Shown here piece by piece: positions 63,721 through 64,000 of a stretch of 64,000 bases of DNA. How positions within the stretch are numbered: position 1 is the first letter of the stretch; every line of letters begins with the position of its first letter. The stretch spans positions 744,001-808,000 of the forward strand of contig CATNEN010000007.1 in assembly GCA_950097015.1 (NCBI GenBank). The letters are read 5' to 3'. The notes under the pieces were generated by a model. The model made no database searches, was not told the origin of the DNA, and saw nothing but the letters and a program-made list of their open reading frames with translations. This DNA is from Macrostomum hystrix (taxonomy: Eukaryota > Animalia > Platyhelminthes). A program made the translations under genes and the position numbers.

Positions 63721-64000
63721 TGCGTAGGCAGCGTGAGTTTTTGCAGTACTGTTAACTGTTAGAGGTGATTCGTTTGTTTTTATGAGGGTTTCGTGTTGCG
63801 CAACCATACGCAAACTACATGATGGGTTGCTGAGAAATGAGAAGCTAGATAAACAAAAACCCTTTTCTTCTACTTACAGTAGCTAGCCACAGTCGAGACT
63901 CTAGATCGCGTACCTGATCATTTAAAACTACTCAACCGAGGTAAACTAATCTGAACCCACGATACTTAAGTCTGTCTCCTTTTAGTATTTATTTTCAGTT

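Overview
This is eukaryotic (animal) genomic DNA, not prokaryotic. It contains GT-AG spliced genes, Gln/Ala/Ser/Gly homopolymer-rich proteins, about 20 minisatellite arrays and several transposons. The combination of a 2DBD nuclear receptor, minisatellite-filled introns and intron-poor housekeeping genes suggests a free-living flatworm such as Macrostomum; this is inference, not a database match. Nine host genes could be reconstructed by hand: a two-DBD nuclear receptor (+, 6 exons), a multi-peptide neuropeptide precursor of unrecognised family (+), ICA69/ICA1 (-), a divergent A/B-type cyclin (-), RING1/RNF2 (-), a small Tim8/13 protein (+), Pygopus (-), RBX1 (-) and mitoferrin (+). Mobile DNA includes a very young Ty3/Gypsy element with a tRNA-Leu primer site, a GGGAAAC slippery site plus H-type pseudoknot and a very short gag. 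There are also two older LTR relatives, a non-autonomous Helitron with a nested hAT MITE, other MITEs and tRNA-derived SINE copies. Most long ORFs in the supplied track are minisatellite or antisense artefacts. The best candidates for novelty are the FxDSLV neuropeptide precursor, the 2DBD receptor (poly-Ala insert in DBD1, LBD apparently lacking AF-2) and the retroelement frameshift signal. Exon coordinates were derived manually and need RNA-seq confirmation.
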